Assembly (NCBI GenBank): GCA_038245295.1
Contig: JBBRSP010000008.1
Coordinates: 96,001-160,000, forward strand
DNA length: 64,000 bases
Source: Candidatus Binatia bacterium
GTDB lineage: Bacteria > Desulfobacterota > Binatia > HRBIN30
Direction of reading: 5' to 3'
The position numbers and the translations under genes are program-made. Below the pieces are notes generated by a model. It saw only the letters and a list, made by a program, of their open reading frames with translations. It searched no databases and was not told where the DNA came from. Position 1 is the first letter of the stretch; each line of letters begins with the position of its first letter. Below are positions 63,273 to 64,000 of the stretch, piece after piece.

Positions 63273-64000
63273 TTACTGCGCCAGTGCCTGTTTCTGCCAC
63301 GCAATGCCCTCCTTCACCTCGGTCATCGACACGATAGGTAGGAACTTGGCGAACAGAGTGAACCACATCAGGAACCAGGCGAAGCTGGCCACCGTGATCG
63401 TAATCTCAACCCACGTGGGCTTGTAGAAAGCCCATTGCGACGGCATGAAATTGGTCGCCAGCGAGCCGGCGATGATGACGAAGCGCTCCGTCCACATGCC
63501 GATGTTGATGAAGATCGAAAGGATGAAGAGCCCACTCATGCTCCGCCGGACGCGTGGCGAGAACAGCACCAGCGGCACGACGCAGTTGCAAAAGACCATC
63601 AGCCAGAAGAGCGGCCCATACGGTCCCCAGTAGCGCATGTGGAACGCCATCTGCTCGAATGGGTTGGCGCTGTACCACGCGATGAACGCCTCGGTGACAT
63701 ACGAGTATGTCACCACCAGGGACATGAACAGGATGACCTTGGAGAGGTTGTCGAGATGCCACGGGGTAATCGCCTCTTCGAGCCCCATCAGCCGGCGCAG
63801 CGGAATGAGCAATGTGAGCACGAGGGCGCATCCCGAGAAGATCGCACCGGCAACGAAGTACGGCGCGAAAATGGTGCTGTGCCAGCCGGGCAGCTGCGTC
63901 ATGGCGAAGTCCCAGGAGACAACGCTGTGCACGGAGATCACCAGCGGCGTTGCCAGGCCGGCGAGCAACAGATAGGCCGCGGAGAAATGCCGCCATTGAT
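63273..64000 (-). CDS. actC: Alternative complex III subunit ActC (NrfD/PsrC family), 5' part outside the window
   Basis: TPLVISVHSVVSWDFA, PGWHSTIFAPYFVAGAIFSG, GMWTERFVII; frame open to the window edge. Confidence 0.93.
   Translation of the reverse strand, partial: QWRHFSAAYLLLAGLATPLVISVHSVVSWDFAMTQLPGWHSTIFAPYFVAGAIFSGCALVLTLLIPLRRLMGLEEAITPWHLDNLSKVILFMSLVVTYSYVTEAFIAWYSANPFEQMAFHMRYWGPYGPLFWLMVFCNCVVPLVLFSPRVRRSMSGLFILSIFINIGMWTERFVIIAGSLATNFMPSQWAFYKPTWVEITITVASFAWFLMWFTLFAKFLPIVSMTEVKEGIAWQKQALAQ

Overview
High-GC bacterial chromosomal window. The secreted Cys-rich proteins, gene content and intergenic repeats resemble Candidatus Binatia or another deltaproteobacteria-like lineage (inference, not checked). 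Left to right: (1) amtB-PII-glnA under a consensus sigma54 promoter, plsY, an SH3 protein and tRNA-Pro; (2) the def-fmt-rsmB-rpe operon, interrupted by a phytase-like secreted gene and by decayed DUF1566 debris, plus an orphan gspG; (3) a 16-kb accessory locus at 13.4-29.5 kb; (4) three GT-C-like membrane proteins, an SDR/alkylsulfatase/sulfotransferase set, a tannase-family lipoprotein and a Gly-rich/Gly-zipper pair; (5) a decaying 45-54 kb region around tRNA-Ser with deletion scars and two unannotated small membrane ORFs; (6) nnrS and the 3' part of an alternative complex III plus caa3 oxidase operon in which ActF reads in frame into CoxII. The 13.4-29.5 kb locus is the best candidate for an undescribed system. 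A bufferin-type MNIO RiPP cluster (precursor, DUF692, DUF2063, displaced DoxX) is interleaved with GH63, NDH-2, aquaporin, GMC oxidoreductase, Zn glucose dehydrogenase and VOC genes. A shared ECF-type promoter motif (GAAAC-N16/17-CWTCNRA) precedes all four effector transcription units, and the ECF sigma itself lies behind a sigma54-like promoter next to a PAS/GAF enhancer-binding protein. All family assignments come from motif recognition by eye; no searches were run.
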